This document shows, one piece after another, positions 22,096-36,185 of a DNA stretch of 64,000 bases; within the stretch, counting starts at the first letter, position 1; every line of letters begins with the position of its first letter. The position numbers and the translations under genes were made by a program. This DNA comes from Callorhinchus milii. Lineage: Eukaryota. Under the pieces are notes generated by a model. The model searched no databases, was not told where the DNA came from, and saw only the letters and a list, made by a program, of their open reading frames with translations. The stretch lies in the NCBI RefSeq assembly GCF_018977255.1, contig NW_024704742.1, positions 130,574,001 to 130,638,000 on the forward strand, in the 5' to 3' direction.

Positions 22096-23562
22096 GTATA
22101 CATTGCTGTCACTGAGCTGTTGACATATGGACTGAACACTGAGCTGTAATCACAATCTGGTCACTTTATGTTCCAAAAAACTTATGAGCAGAGTTGCAAG
22201 ATGAGGAGCTAAATATATTACTTGGTATTTGATTAAATAATTTGAGTATCTCAAAAAGGAAAGTGTTTTTTATTAAATATGAATAGCACAATACTAAATA
22301 CACCTTTCTACATTTATATTACAAATCACCTTAACACTTCAGTGCCTTGGGATGTCCTCCTGACGTGAAAAGTGCTATAAAACATAATTTCTTGTTCTCA
22401 CAAGTACTAACCGCTTTTCACCTTTTAGAGCATAACCCCTAAATATGCATGCACACACAATGAGGCACAAATTGTAAAATTCTAATTCAGTTGCAAAATG
22501 AATTGTTTATTGTCTTGATTTGTTTAATGTATAATACTTGAGAGCTACTTAAAATAAATACCTCGGTGGTAATCTGAGATTGCTAGTGCTGTGAATTTAT
22601 TTCATTTACACTGCAAGGTGGCATATATAGGTGGCAGCAATACAGGAAAAAAAATACAAATGAGCGAACTATGCACAATTTCCAATGCCATGGTGGCTCA
22701 GTGTTCTGGCTGTGGATTTTTCCTACTGCGTGGGGAAGTTGTATACGGTTCATCAAAGCAAAATTCTTGAGTCGTAGAGAGGCTGACTGCCAGAGGCAAC
22801 AAGTCATTTTTTTTTTAGCAACGGTGCACGAAACTGCAAAATAAGATTTTAGGTATTTGTAACCAAATGCATTCATTATGTGGCGGAAAAGAATTGTACT
22901 AACATGCTGGCAGTACATGGTGGAAGCAGTAAAGAAGGTTTGACCTAAGGAAATGAACAGTACAGGAGTAAAATGCACGGGGGAAGAATGGAAAAAAAAT
23001 TACAACAACAAATTACACTTGTGTAGCACCCCTCACATCGGAAACATGTCCCAGGCAATGCATCAAATTCAAACAATAATGTATTCATAGAACTTTATAT
23101 TTGTACAGTTACTATTGAAAATTCTGAAAGGCATCTGGGTTATATGAAACTAATAATAGGTGGGGATTATATGAAAATCAATAAAATACAATACAAAATT
23201 ACATATGTATTGTGCCTTTCACATCGGGAGGACATGCTAAGGCCCTTCATTAATGCACAAAGTGAATTCAATAATATACAATTCATAAGCAGCACCTGCA
23301 AAGGTAAATACGATTTAGTTATATTGAAGTATCGATGTTATTACTTTATGGCTCTTGCAAAATCATTGATATCTACAGCATTGAGAGGATTTGTTTGTAA
23401 CAGAGGGGAAATTACTTTCACTTTGTTCTGGTAGCATAGCATTGTCCATATTTCATGGTGCTATCAGGAGGCAACATCATTTGCTCTGTTCTACAATATC
23501 CAGCCCTTACTAAAGTCCATGTTAGACAACCGTACTCAACAAGGCACTACAAAGGTACTTGT

Positions 23563-24302
23563 CAACAACAACAACAAGATTCCATTTATAAAGCGCCTTT
23601 CACGTCAGGAGGACGTCCCAAGGCGCTGCACAGTTGGATCATGACCCGAGCAGGGGGGAAATGGTCAGGGGGAGGGAAGGGAGGGAGCGAGGAGGGGGAA
23701 ATGGTCAGGGTGAGGGAAGGGAGGGAGCAAGGAGGGGGAAATGGTCAGGGTGAGGGAGGGAAGGGAGGGAGCGAGGAGGGGGAAGAGAGTCGAGAGGGGA
23801 GCTGAAGGCACGGTCAAAGAGAAAGGTTTTGAGACCGGCCTTGAAGGAGGAAAGGGAGGAAGCAAGGCGAAGGCACTGGGGGATGGAGTTCCAGAGCCTG
23901 GGGGCTGAGAGGCTGAAGGCCCGACCACCGATGGTAGGGCGGTTGGGGCGGGGGACGTGGAGCAGACCAGAGCCAGAGGAACGGAGGGTACGGGCAGGTA
24001 GGTAGGGGGATAGTAGGTTGGAGAGGTAGGAGGGAGCAAGGCCGTGAATGGCCTTGTAGGTGAGGATGAGGATCTTGAAATCAATCCTCTGGGGGATGGG
24101 GAGCCAGTGGAGGCGAGCGAGGTGGGAGTGATGTGGTCCCGAAGCCTGGTGCGGGACAGTACACGAGCTGCAGAGTTCTGAATGACCTGCAGCTTGTGGA
24201 GGGAGGTGGCGGGAAGGCCGGCGAGGAGAGAGTTCCCATAGTCCAGCCTTGAGGTGACAAAGGCGTGGACCAGGGTTTCAGCAGCGTGAGGGGTGAGGTA
24301 GT
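23563..24302 (-). mobile_element. Young L2 LINE 3' fragment
   Basis: Near-identical over ~700 bp to 43533-44240. (CAA)n tail. Confidence 0.95.
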
Positions 24303-27300
24303 CCTGAGGGAGAGGGGTGAGGTATCTCCTGCTGGAGATGCAGCTATCTAATGAAATGTTGCGTAAATCTTTTTGGGACTCTTAGTTCAGACAAATAAAG
24401 TCTGTGTGGAGTTAGCACAGCCATTCATTAACACCATTCATTGTAAACATGATCATTGACCAGGACCTGCTGGCAGTGGTGGCAGAATGTGGTCAACTAA
24501 CCTTGTCTGGACAAAGATACTCTTTAGAGGATCTGTGCACTCGCTGTGAGATCAGTCTACATTCCTCAGAAGCTGCATGGTGCTGAGCTCCGGGGGACCC
24601 TAAAGGAAATCTATACCTCACCAGGTGGCCTTGCCCAACTGTTTTCTGACCGTCCGTTGCTCCTTATGGGAGATTGATGCATGTCAAAATCACAACTTCA
24701 AAGGTAGAGCAAAATCTTTCGACAGTGGTGCTGTCTACTATCCTGAGGTTTGCCAATTGCATGGCATTGAAGTGGAATGCAGAATGGAACAGAAATCAAT
24801 CACACCCTTGGCAAGTCCTAAGCTCTCCATTTGGTTGTTCAGCATTGCTGGGAAACCTCTGACCACTGTTCAGTCACTTTCTGTGTCAAGAGAGCAAGAT
24901 GAAGCTACAGCCTGCAAGGCACACCTACCTCCCTGAAGTGGAACTCTGTCAAGGTAACCACAAAGGGAAGGAGTCATGGCCAGAGGGGTCCTTTGAGGCT
25001 CATGCCAGTGTTGGATGTACATCTAGTTTTTAGCACTGCCATGGAGTGTGTGGACTCGCCTGGTTCAGGACCTGGACGGCTGAGACCGTCACTGAGGGCG
25101 AGTCCAATTCTAACGTTCCGTGCCAAACATTTCACCTTGGAGCCAGTTCAGCTTCAAGGAGATCCCATTTACTTCCTCCCAAGGAGAATAGTTACCAGTC
25201 ACTGGCTGTTTTGGACACTGCTGTATGCAAATTTGCTTTTGCTCATAAAATAGTCGCTGCACTTTACAGTAAATCTTGCAAAGTGCTTTGAGGAGTCCTC
25301 ATGACATGAAAGGTGCTACATCAAATGCATTATTCTACAGTGTTTGACTTCACAGTAGCTTTCTAAGTTTGCATATCAGTTGTCTACCTCTGATTATTCC
25401 ATTCCATCTTTAATGCTGGTGGTGTGTGAATGACGTTTTTTTTAGCCTTAAAAGTCAGTTGAAACAACTGTGATGTAATTTCATCATTGTGATGTTACAC
25501 CTATTCCACTTTTTTCTTAACACAGTGATGTAAATGTACAGTATTTTCAACATTGTTTTAAATTGTAGTTGGTACAGTACAGTTTTCATTTTATTTAGAT
25601 CACCGTTCATTCTAAAGCGGATGGCCAGGTTGTAAGTCTTTGCTGCAGTCCCTTTAAACAAACTTTCAAGATCTCAATTGTTTTTAACTGAAGTCATGAT
25701 TTGTATTCGTTCACACAGTTCACACAAGGACGCAATAATTATAAACCAGTGATATCCATGGGCACGGTACAATTCACAATGTACCTGCATATAGCAACTA
25801 GAAATGGACTTGTATATAGCAACTAGAAATAGTAATGGTACGGGATTTTTCGTGAGGTTATTTGAAATAACACTTAATGACTTGGGGGATATGGGGCCAT
25901 GTTTCTCTACACTGCGTGCAAAATTGAGCTGCTTTTTACAGTGTCTCAGCGATGGACAGAATACCAGGCTGGGACCTAGGACGATCACAGATGTCCCAGA
26001 ACAGACAGAAGAGTGTATTGAGGAAGGATTGCTGAGACGAGTAAGCGATGGTCAACAGGCTCTCAATTGCCCAGTATTTGTCTAGCTCCAGTAATGTTTG
26101 TAAATGCTCTATACAAAGGATTATTTACCATTTAATTTTCCACTGAGTTCATTCCTTTGGAATTATTGTTGCAGGATGTATGGAAAGGATTTATGTTTGT
26201 CGCATGACTGGCCATTTCTTGTATGTTCGAGATATTCTGATTCGGGTCCTGCCTGTTAGATACATAGATTTCTGGATGCCATGATGTAAGTGGGATTCCC
26301 ACACCCTGATAGGAGGTGATAGAAAAGAAAGCTGATCCATATTGTTGCAGGAATGAGCTATGAGAAAAGACTAAATTTGTGTGTCGTTTCAGCCTCAAAA
26401 ATAATTTTGGAGGGGATGATATAGTGGCATATATGATGGTTAATGAGATAGGAAAATGATGCTTTCAGATCTGTTAAAGCAGAAGATCAAGAGGGTAGAG
26501 GTTTAGAATTGTGACTGGTAAATTTAGGACTGACTACACGGGTGATTCACAGAAAGGGTGGTATACTTTAGACTCATTCAAGAAACCAATTGATGTTGTA
26601 AGTGTTGGTGGGAGGGGAGATACAGTGTGTTCTGTGAAGCGCTTTGGGACGTCCTCCCGACGTGAAAAGCGCTATATCAAATGCAAGGATTATTATTATA
26701 ATAGACTGGATACACAGGAATGATGAGATCAAATTGGTTGGTTGAAGGGCTTTCATCTTGAAGGGTTGTTTGTCCAATAATATTTGTCCCCTGAAAATTT
26801 GCAACGTGTTCTTTCTTGAACCAGCACTCTTTCGTGCATCAATGCTTCCCGATCCACTACAGACCAAGCAAGGTCAAAGTGAATAACATTTAAAAATATT
26901 GTGAGCTGCCAATGATGAAGAGGTTGAAGTGCAGGCAATCCTGATGAAAGGTGAATGGCGATTGGAGATTGTAGCATTTTATGACTCTCAACAGATGCTG
27001 TTTCTTCACAAATCTATCTTGGAAAATGAGGTGGCAATGGTTTGCATAAATCCTCCTGTGAGGTCAGAACAGAATGGTGATCTTGCCCCACCCTACCTCT
27101 ATGAGCCCCCTCCCCCCCAACCCTGCTGCTGCTGCTGCTGCTCGATCAGCTCAGCAAATACTGGGCTGCTTCGTGTCCCACGCCTGACCTGCACCATCAG
27201 CGGAGGTTGAACTTTCACCTATTCTGCTCTCTGGAATTTCCTGAGTCTCTCCACTTTGTTCCTTTCCCACCTATAAAAGGCTATCTTTCAACTGCACTTT

Positions 27301-28569
27301 TAGTCACCTCTTGTTCCCCTCCCCTGTCCTCCCTCCCCCTCCCAGCACTCCCTGCCCCCAGCTCAGACTCCCAGTTGCTTTTGTGAAGGCACTAAACAAG
27401 TGTCATTTGTTGTTGTCGAAGCTCTTTGAAACATCCCTCTAACATGAAAGATACTACATAAATGTAAAGGTTTTTGTATGATTCAAAGTCCTTATTTTGG
27501 TCCATTGCCCTGTTAGAATCTGGACTTGCATTGCGGAAATGACCAGTGTGGACGAAGGCATGGTTAAATATTCCCTTCATTGTCATTTTCTTCCAATTTA
27601 GAGGCACAAGCCAGAAATAGGTTGTGGGAGAAATTGACATTTAGCAAATTTCTGCCTGTTGTATGGCTATTTACTAGTGTGGACTATTTGTTAATCAAAA
27701 TTACTGTGCATTAGCCTTTTACTAAGAATTGATCAATTTTCACTCTTTATAATAGTAAAAATATGTATGCAAATTGTCCTTTGACACCAATTTCACAAAC
27801 ACAACATTGGACACCTTGAGTCCACATTTGTTGGAGAGCATTTCAAGATTTATGGTACTGATGAAATTTAAACTAAGTTATCAGGTTAGTCTGGCAGTAT
27901 TACATTGGTTGTAGGAAAGGTTTAAAGGGTGTTATTTTGATCTAGATTTTGGAGATAAAACAATTTCAAGTTTGCACTTCCACCCATTTTCAAATTATTA
28001 ATCTAGCTAGAAAATAAGAGGTCCAGGTACACATCCCTGAGGCATGCCATTAACTACATCCAGCCAATCATACAAACATTAATTTACTCCTACTCACTCA
28101 TTGCTTTCTATTGATGCCACTAATTTACCTTTAATGTTGTGCCTTAATTTTCTCAAATTCAAGTTTCCTTATGAAGAACCATATCAAACACTATCTGAAA
28201 ATCCGTATACACCTGCATTCTCCCTCTACACATTCAGATTTGCCTAGAAGGCATTTTAGGAAGAACTTATTTACACAGAATTCACGACCAGAAGCTGTGG
28301 TTGAAGCAGAAGGCATCAGCATCTGGAGGAAACTGGATGCATACATTAGGGAGAAGGGATTAGAAGGATATGGGAGAGGAGCTTACGTGGAGTATAAACA
28401 CTGTGCAGAGGAATTGGACTGAATGGCCAAATTGCATGCTTTAACGTTCTATGCAATTTATTTCTATGCATGATATTTACTTCACAAATGTACACTGGTG
28501 CTCCTATTCAGTTATTTCTCCAAATTCTATCCAATATTGTGGTCTTCAGACATTTATCCGCAACACTGG

Positions 28570-29255
28570 AGCTGGGGCTAATAATTCTCTCTGCTTTGTC
28601 TCCACAAATGGCTTCACCTCCAGTACCCACACGGTCTCATGAGGTGTTCCTCAGGGCTCTGTCCTCAGTCCTCTCCTCTTCAACCTGTACATGCTCTCTC
28701 TTGGTGACATCATCCACAGACATGGGGTCATCTTCCACATGTATGCAGATGACACCCAACTCTATCTCTGTGCCCCCACCTTCGACCTCAGCACCACTGA
28801 TGTCATGACAGACTGCCTGTCAAACATCCAAGTCCTGGATGAAAGCCAATTTTCTGCAGTTGAACGTCAGCCAGACCGAGGTCCTCTTGATTGGGAGAGC
28901 CTCAGGGACTGCTGATGCTGCCAGTGTCTCCACATCTCAGGCATTGGCAACACCAGCATTTCAGGATGCACACTCCACCTCACCAAGCCAGTCAGGAACC
29001 TAGGTGTCTTGTTGACTCTCAACTGTCCTTTCTCCCACACATTTGTGCCATGACCTGCTCTGCCTTCCCCCACTGCCGCAACGTTACCCGACTCCGCCAC
29101 TGCCTCACTCCTTAGACCCAGAAACCCTCATGCGCATCTTCACTACAAGGTTTGACCATGCCAATGCCCCGCTCGAGTCCTAATCCCTGACTGTTTAACG
29201 CCTTGGGATGTCCTCCTGACGTGAAAAGCACTTCTCAAAAGTAATTTTGTATTGT
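28570..29255 (+). mobile_element. L2 LINE RT fragment and tail
   Basis: [22 protein letters not shown] (RT catalytic YADD motif). Confidence 0.9.
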
Positions 29256-29483
29256 AATTCTGTGACTTTTTTAATATTTTTAAAAAAAACAACATTGACT
29301 ACGCTGTCCAATCCTTTCACACAACTTCTGTTTCTGAAGATTATGGCTAGTGCTTTGCTAACTTCTTCCTGACCATCAATATTCTGAAATAGTGAGCCTG
29401 GTGACCTTCCTAGTTTTAGTCCCATTTACTTTTTGATATGGCTCTTAAGCCTTAAAAGAAATGTTTCAGAGGGCACCTTACAT

Positions 29484-30115
29484 GGAGTCCTGTAGCTCAG
29501 TGGTTCGAGCACACATCTTGCAAGTGAGAGGACTTGGGTTCGATTCCCGGGCAGCGCGAAAACATTGGGCAAGTTTCCTTACTCCACATATCTCTGTTTA
29601 GCAGTAAACAGCTAAATAAATAAGCCCTCCTACCTCTCTGCCTTCCCTCACCCCTACATCAATATGTAAGTTGCCCTCTGAAACATTTCTTTTCCTTCTA
29701 TTCTGTGAAGCGCTTTAGGACGTCTAGAAGACATGAAAAGCGATATATCAAATGCAAGGATTATTTATTTTACACCACCCCTCCCCCATGCTCGGGCCCT
29801 GACACCCGCTGGGTGTTCAGCGCTTTGGGACGTCCTCCCGACGTAAAAGACGCTCTATAAATGTAATTTTGTTGTTGTTGTAAGTAGGAAACTGTTGATT
29901 TTTAGTCGATTAGCGGATCGCTTTTCTGGGGGTAATAATCCCTTAAAAAAAAATAATTTGGTCATTCAGTCCACGACTGTTTATGGACACTGCTGTGTGC
30001 AATTGCTGCTGTGTTTTGCCAACAAAATATATAGTCAATTCACTTTACAGTATATTCTGTGAAGCACTTTGAGACATCTCGAAAACATCATATCAAATGC
30101 AAGGATTATTATTAT
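29484..30115 (+). mobile_element. Long-subfamily SINE interrupted by a composite insert (~29608-29880)
   Basis: Head 29484-29607 ends in GCAGTAA and the body resumes at TAAGTAGG 29881. The insert contains a SINE tail and an L2 tail. Confidence 0.8.
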
Positions 30116-30542
30116 TTGAGTGCATGTGAGAGAGAGTGTATATGCAAGATCCAAAAATGGATGAATACTTTCAGATTTATCCAAAGTCAACAAGAGGGTT
30201 TAGGTTCACAGTTGCAGAGGGTAATTTCAGGACAAGTGCCAGGAACTTTTTTTAAAATTCAGTTAGTAATTAAAGACCGAAATGAGTTACAAGGAAGGTT
30301 ATTTGAGACCACGATATTGGGTTCATTTAACAATAAAGTCACAGGAGTGGTAGACTTGTCATGTTGACATGAAAGGAAATCCTGCCTATTTTTAGAATTT
30401 TAAATCTGTGCAATGGTATTGATGATCATTTTTAGTATTTGTGAAAGATGCAGAACAAATTATTTGTTTTCTTAGCTTTCTGAGCAAAGGATGCCGACGA
30501 GTATTTGGAAATGACTAATTTGTTCATTTTCCTTCCTTTTAA

Positions 30543-30839
<297 letters not shown>

Positions 30840-31029
30840 TGATAATAATCTGTAGAAATTATAGGAATTTCTCTTGTAGGAAATAATATTATGGGATATA
30901 GTTAGTTCGGGAATATGTGCATGCGGCCGTCAGGAAGGTGGAAGGCAAACTAGATGCACCTTGGTCTTCTTTTCGTCTAGCATTTCTTATGTTCTTATAA
31001 GTTAGTTTACATGTTGGCAGATTGACATT

Positions 31030-31300
31030 ATAGAATCATTGACTCTTACAGCACAGAAGGAGGGCATTCGGCTCCTCGTTCCTGTGCCGGCTGGATGTTT
31101 GAAAGAGCTATCCAATTAGTCCTACTCCCCAGTTCCTTTCCCATAGTCTTGCAAATGTTTCCTTTTTAAGTAAATATCCAATTCCCTTTTGAAAGTTATT
31201 ATTGAATCTGCTTCCACCACCCTTTCAGGCAATGCATTCCAGATTGCAACAACTCGCTGCTTTTATATAAAAAAACCTCATCTCCCCTTTGGTTCTATTG
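31030..31300 (-). mobile_element. CR1 3' end fragment (related fragment ~51380-51530)
   Basis: ATATCCAATTCCCTTTTGAAAGTTATTATTGAATCTGCTTCCACCACCCTTTCAGGCAATGCATTCCA is a reverse-complemented CR1 ORF2 C-terminus and tail. Confidence 0.75.
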
Positions 31301-32344
31301 CCATGTAGATAGCAATTTGCAAGTCCTAGTTTGTCGTGTCTCTGATGATCCTTGCTCCTCAGGTTTCACTGAGGGAAACTATGCAATTTTGCAAATTTCA
31401 ATATGCACAGATTGGCTTTCACTTTTTTCTAGATTCATACCGGAAGTAGCAAAAGCTAATAGTAAAATTGCCGATCCATTTGGCTATACTCTTGTGCGGT
31501 TAAAATCAACCACCAACGAGTCACTGAATGGAAAATGTTCATCCCTTTGGCTACTCCTGGGCTCCACATTATTCCTTGACCTGTTCAGTGATTTCATCTG
31601 CACTCTGTAAGACCTATAATTATTTGCTCCAAAGTATACACTGGATCGTCTATGCACTGGTTGTGGAAAGAACAGAGATTCTGTTCTGCGTGATCATTCA
31701 AGCTTGAGATCAGATCTTTTGTCTAGTTCGACTGCAATTTTCCTTCAAGCCCCACATCTAGCTGTCACTTGCCATTCTCTTAGCTGTACAACATTGCCTG
31801 CCTCTGCCACAACCTCTTTCTCTTCTCCTCCACCGAGATGTTCATCCACACCAACACTTGCCCGGAGTCCTGTAGCTCAGTGGTATAGCACCTACCTGGC
31901 AAGCGAAAGAACCTGGGTCGATTCCCAGGCAGGGCAAAATGATTGATTAATTGTACTGTTCTGTATGTGGCAGAGTATGGTCATCCTGGTCCAAAATCTC
32001 AGCCACCATATAGTAACAAAAACGCTTAAAAATGGCTACCTTGTGGATTGTCAGGTTGTGCACAGGAGATGCTGATAAGATCCTTTCCTGCACATGCACC
32101 TCGGGTGTATGAAGCCCAAATTGATGTCATTTCCTTCGCAAAGTACTGTTTGCTGTACTTCCTGCGCACGGGCACACAACACGCAGGAAGCGACATCGGC
32201 GGCAACATGATGAAATCAGCCTTTCGTTTAGCATTGGACGCTGGGTGCTCGGTGGCACCGGGTGGGTTCACAGGATACCAGCGCTTTAAAAGAAGCCATT
32301 CTATGGCAGGCAGGTTTATAATGGGTTACTCTGTAGTTAGATTT

Positions 32345-32492
32345 ATAATAATAATAATCCTTGCATTTGATATAGCGCTTTTCACGTCGGAAGGACGTCC
32401 CAAAGCGCTTCACAGAACACACTGTAAAGTGAATTGACTGTAGATTGAAAATGACCAATTTATTATTGTTTTCGGTTTTGGAGGGATTATTA
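32345..32492 (-). mobile_element. Young composite SINE 3' part with an internal deletion
   Basis: Reverse complement of the young SINE tail. The Deu segment is missing. Confidence 0.85.
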
Positions 32493-32699
32493 TATTTAGA
32501 TTTGATACTGATAAGGCTAACAATAATTATATGGAGATGCAGGGTGTTCTGGTGTTGAGAGGAGAGCATAATGGGAATGCAAACTGGGAAGCTATTTTGA
32601 ATAGAAAAGAGAAGCATGTTAAGAGATGAGTGAAGAAAACATTCTGTTTAGAAAAGGTTAATTAAGGAACATACAGTAAGCAGAAGTGTAAAGTTATAA

Positions 32700-33080
32700 T
32701 AATTATTGGATTTATTATAGTGCCTATAATGTCATTGTCTCAAAGCACTTCACAGTAATTACAGTAATTATTTGTAAGCTGAACTGACAGCCAATTTGTG
32801 CATAGCACTGCCTAACCAACGCTAATTTATTTGGAGTATTGCTGGCCAGCACACTGGGAACTTTCTTCCCTTTTCGAGTCGTGTCATGAGTTCCTTAACA
32901 TCCAGATGAATTAGAGATGGTATTGCAATTTAAGGTTGAAGTATCTTATTCTAAACCGTTGCACAAAAGACAATGCAAAACTCTCACTGCACTGAAATAT
33001 CAGCGTAAACTGAGTTTGAGCCCTGAAGTGGGTTTTCATCCCACAAATGGCTGACTTTTGAGGTGAGCCAAGCTGAGACC
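32700..33080 (-). mobile_element. Older Deu-domain SINE, degenerate
   Basis: Reverse-complement similarity to 4693-5112. Confidence 0.6.
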
Positions 33081-33768
33081 TGGTATTATCGTGAGGGGTA
33101 AAATAGGAGTGTAGAAAATGTGTAAGGCAGAAAACAATAGTGATCATGTGTAAAGATTCCCCCTGCTGCCCTTCCCATTGCTAACTCCCAATCAGCTGTG
33201 TGAAGCCCTTTGAGATGTCTTCTCAACATGAAAGGTGCTATATAAATGTTAACTGTAATTCCCCACAAAAGGTGGAAGTGCTCAGACTGCTGAGATTATC
33301 AAGTTATGATAAGATTAAATGCTGTGACCTGGGCCCTGCATTCAAATCTGAGGGTTGAGAATATTGTTTTTTATTTTTTTAAACTTTTTTTACATTACCT
33401 TGTTCTTTACCTGGTAGGTGCACATGTGGTGACTAGTCAAGACACATTGAAGGTAAAATAGAAGTGTTGAGTAGCAATCCTATTTTACCTTCAGTGTGTC
33501 TTGACGCATCACCACATGCGCACTTACCACCAAGCGTTGGAACTGTATTGAATCGCAGGAAATTAAGTTCTTCTGCGCATGCGTCGACGGATAAAGACTA
33601 CATTTTCCACAATCCAATATAGCTGGCAGGTAAGTGCACATGCGTCGTCATATCCAGTGGTTCAATGCCGCTGGTAAACGCAGGAGTAGGGGGGAAAGGG
33701 GAGCAGCATTACGAGCTAGCAAGTAATTTAATATGAGTGGTGCAAAGAAATTTAAGTGGTTTTGTTAG

Positions 33769-34194
<426 letters not shown>

Positions 34195-34455
34195 TAGGGG
34201 CTCATCCAGTTAAAATTGAAAAGTGGTGGGTGGTTAAAGACTCAATTGAGAGAATTAAATTAATAGTTTTAGAGATTAAGTCTAGAACAGCAAGCTGCAT
34301 TTACATAGCACCCTTCATGCGGGACAGCGTATCAAAGAGCTTAAAGTCTAGTGGAATAACTTAATTGAATGTCTTAATAATATTTTGTTCAATTTTGATC
34401 AATTAGATTAGGATGTTTCCTTAACTGCTGCTAAACATTTTTAATGTTTTTCCAG

Positions 34456-34516
34456 GATGGACATGAAGACTGGATATTTTCTATTGCATGGGTCAGTGAT
34501 ACAATGGCTGTTTCTG
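34456..34516 (+). CDS. DCAF12: DCAF12 coding exon 4 (DGHEDWIFSIAWVSDTMAVS-G)
   Basis: Acceptor tttttccag, donor CTG|GTGAGT, 61 nt, phase 0-1. Confidence 0.95.
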
Positions 34517-34664
34517 GTGAGTTTTGAAGACTTTCTCGACACTGGTAAAAATGTATTTCCAAGTCATTTGCATGAACATGTTAAGCTTTTAAAATATATA
34601 TATATTAAATATATATATTTGAGGTGTGAATGGACATGTTCTGCAGTCCAATGTAGAAAATGGA

Positions 34665-36185
34665 CATGACAGTAGAAGATGAGATCAAAAATGATATAAA
34701 TGCATTTAAGATAAAAAGGCAGAGATAATTGATAAACTAACTAAACTCAGAGAGGATAAAATCCCTGGTCCAGATGGATTGCATCTGCGTATATTAGAAT
34801 CTAGGGAAGAAATGGCAGAGGCGCTATTACACATATATAATAATTCATTAGAGAACGGGAGGATAGCTAATGTTATACCTATATTTAAAAAGGGAGATAG
34901 AACAAGCTCAGGGAACTATAGATCTGTCAGCTTAATATCAGTGGTAGGAAAGATAATGAAATCCTTACTGAAAGAATTAATAAAAAAAAATCTAGAAACT
35001 GAAAATGTAATAAAACAATAGTCAGCACGGATATCAAAAAGGAAGGTCATGCCTGACCAATCTCATTGAATTCTTTGAAAAGGTAACAGAAAGAGTAGAC
35101 AAGGGTAATGCAGTAGATGTAATATTTGGATCTCCAAAAGGTGTTTGATAATGTACCGAATAAGGTCACAATATGTGGAGTCCAAGGAAAAGTAGCAGAA
35201 TGGATAGCAAGTTGGCTACAAGACAGAAAACAGTAGGGGTAAAGGATAGCTACTCAGAATGGCAGAGGGTGTGAAGTGGTGTTCCACAGGAATTGGTATT
35301 GGGACCATTGTTTTCACAGTTTACATTAATGATTTCAACTTGGGGATTGAAAGTACAGTTTCAAAATCTGCGGCTTGCTGAATGAGCATTTAATTGGTAA
35401 GTGTATTTCAGTATAGAAAAGTGTGAGGTGGTACATTTTGGTAGGACGAATAAGGAGCTGGAAAATGAAAACCTAAATGGGGTAGAGAAGCAAATACATA
35501 AATCACTAAAAGTAACAACTATAAGCAGTTATATTTTAAAAAAAAAAGCAAACCAGGTGTTGGGGTTCATTTCTAGGGGGATAGAAATGAAAAGCAGGGA
35601 AGTTATGGTAAACTTATATCGAACCTTGGTTAGACCACACTTGGAATACTGTGTGTAATTCTGGTCCCCATATTACAGAAAGGATGTAGAGGCACTGGAG
35701 AAGGTGCAAAGGAGATTTATAAGGATGATCCCAGAACTGAGAGGTTATACCTATCAGGAAAGGCTGAACATGCTTGGAATGTTTTCTCTTGAAAAGAGAA
35801 GAGTGAGGGATGATCTGAGAGAGGTCTTTAAAATTATGAAAAGTTTTGATAGGGTAGACATAGAGAAGATGTTTCCACTTGTGGGGGAGACCAAAATCAG
35901 GGCTATAAATATAAAATAGTTATCAATAGATCAAATAAGGAAGTCAGAGGAAACTTCTTTACACAGAGTGGTGTGAATGTGGAACTTGCTACCACAAGGA
36001 GTAGTTGAGGCGAATAGCATAGGTCTATTTAAGGGGAAGCTAGATAAGTACATGAGGGAGAAAGGAATAGAAGGTTATGCTTGAAGGATTAGTTGAGGAA
36101 GAGCAGGAGACGACTCATGTGGAGCATAAACACCAGCATAGACCAGTTGGGCCGAATGGTCTGATTCTGTGCGGTATATTCTAAT
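34665..36185 (+). mobile_element. CR1 LINE ORF2 (RT) fragment to 3' end, frameshifted
   Basis: ANVIPIFKKGDR..GNYRSVSL.SVVGK and LYRTLVRPHLEYCV motifs, followed by a CR1 tail. Confidence 0.93.
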
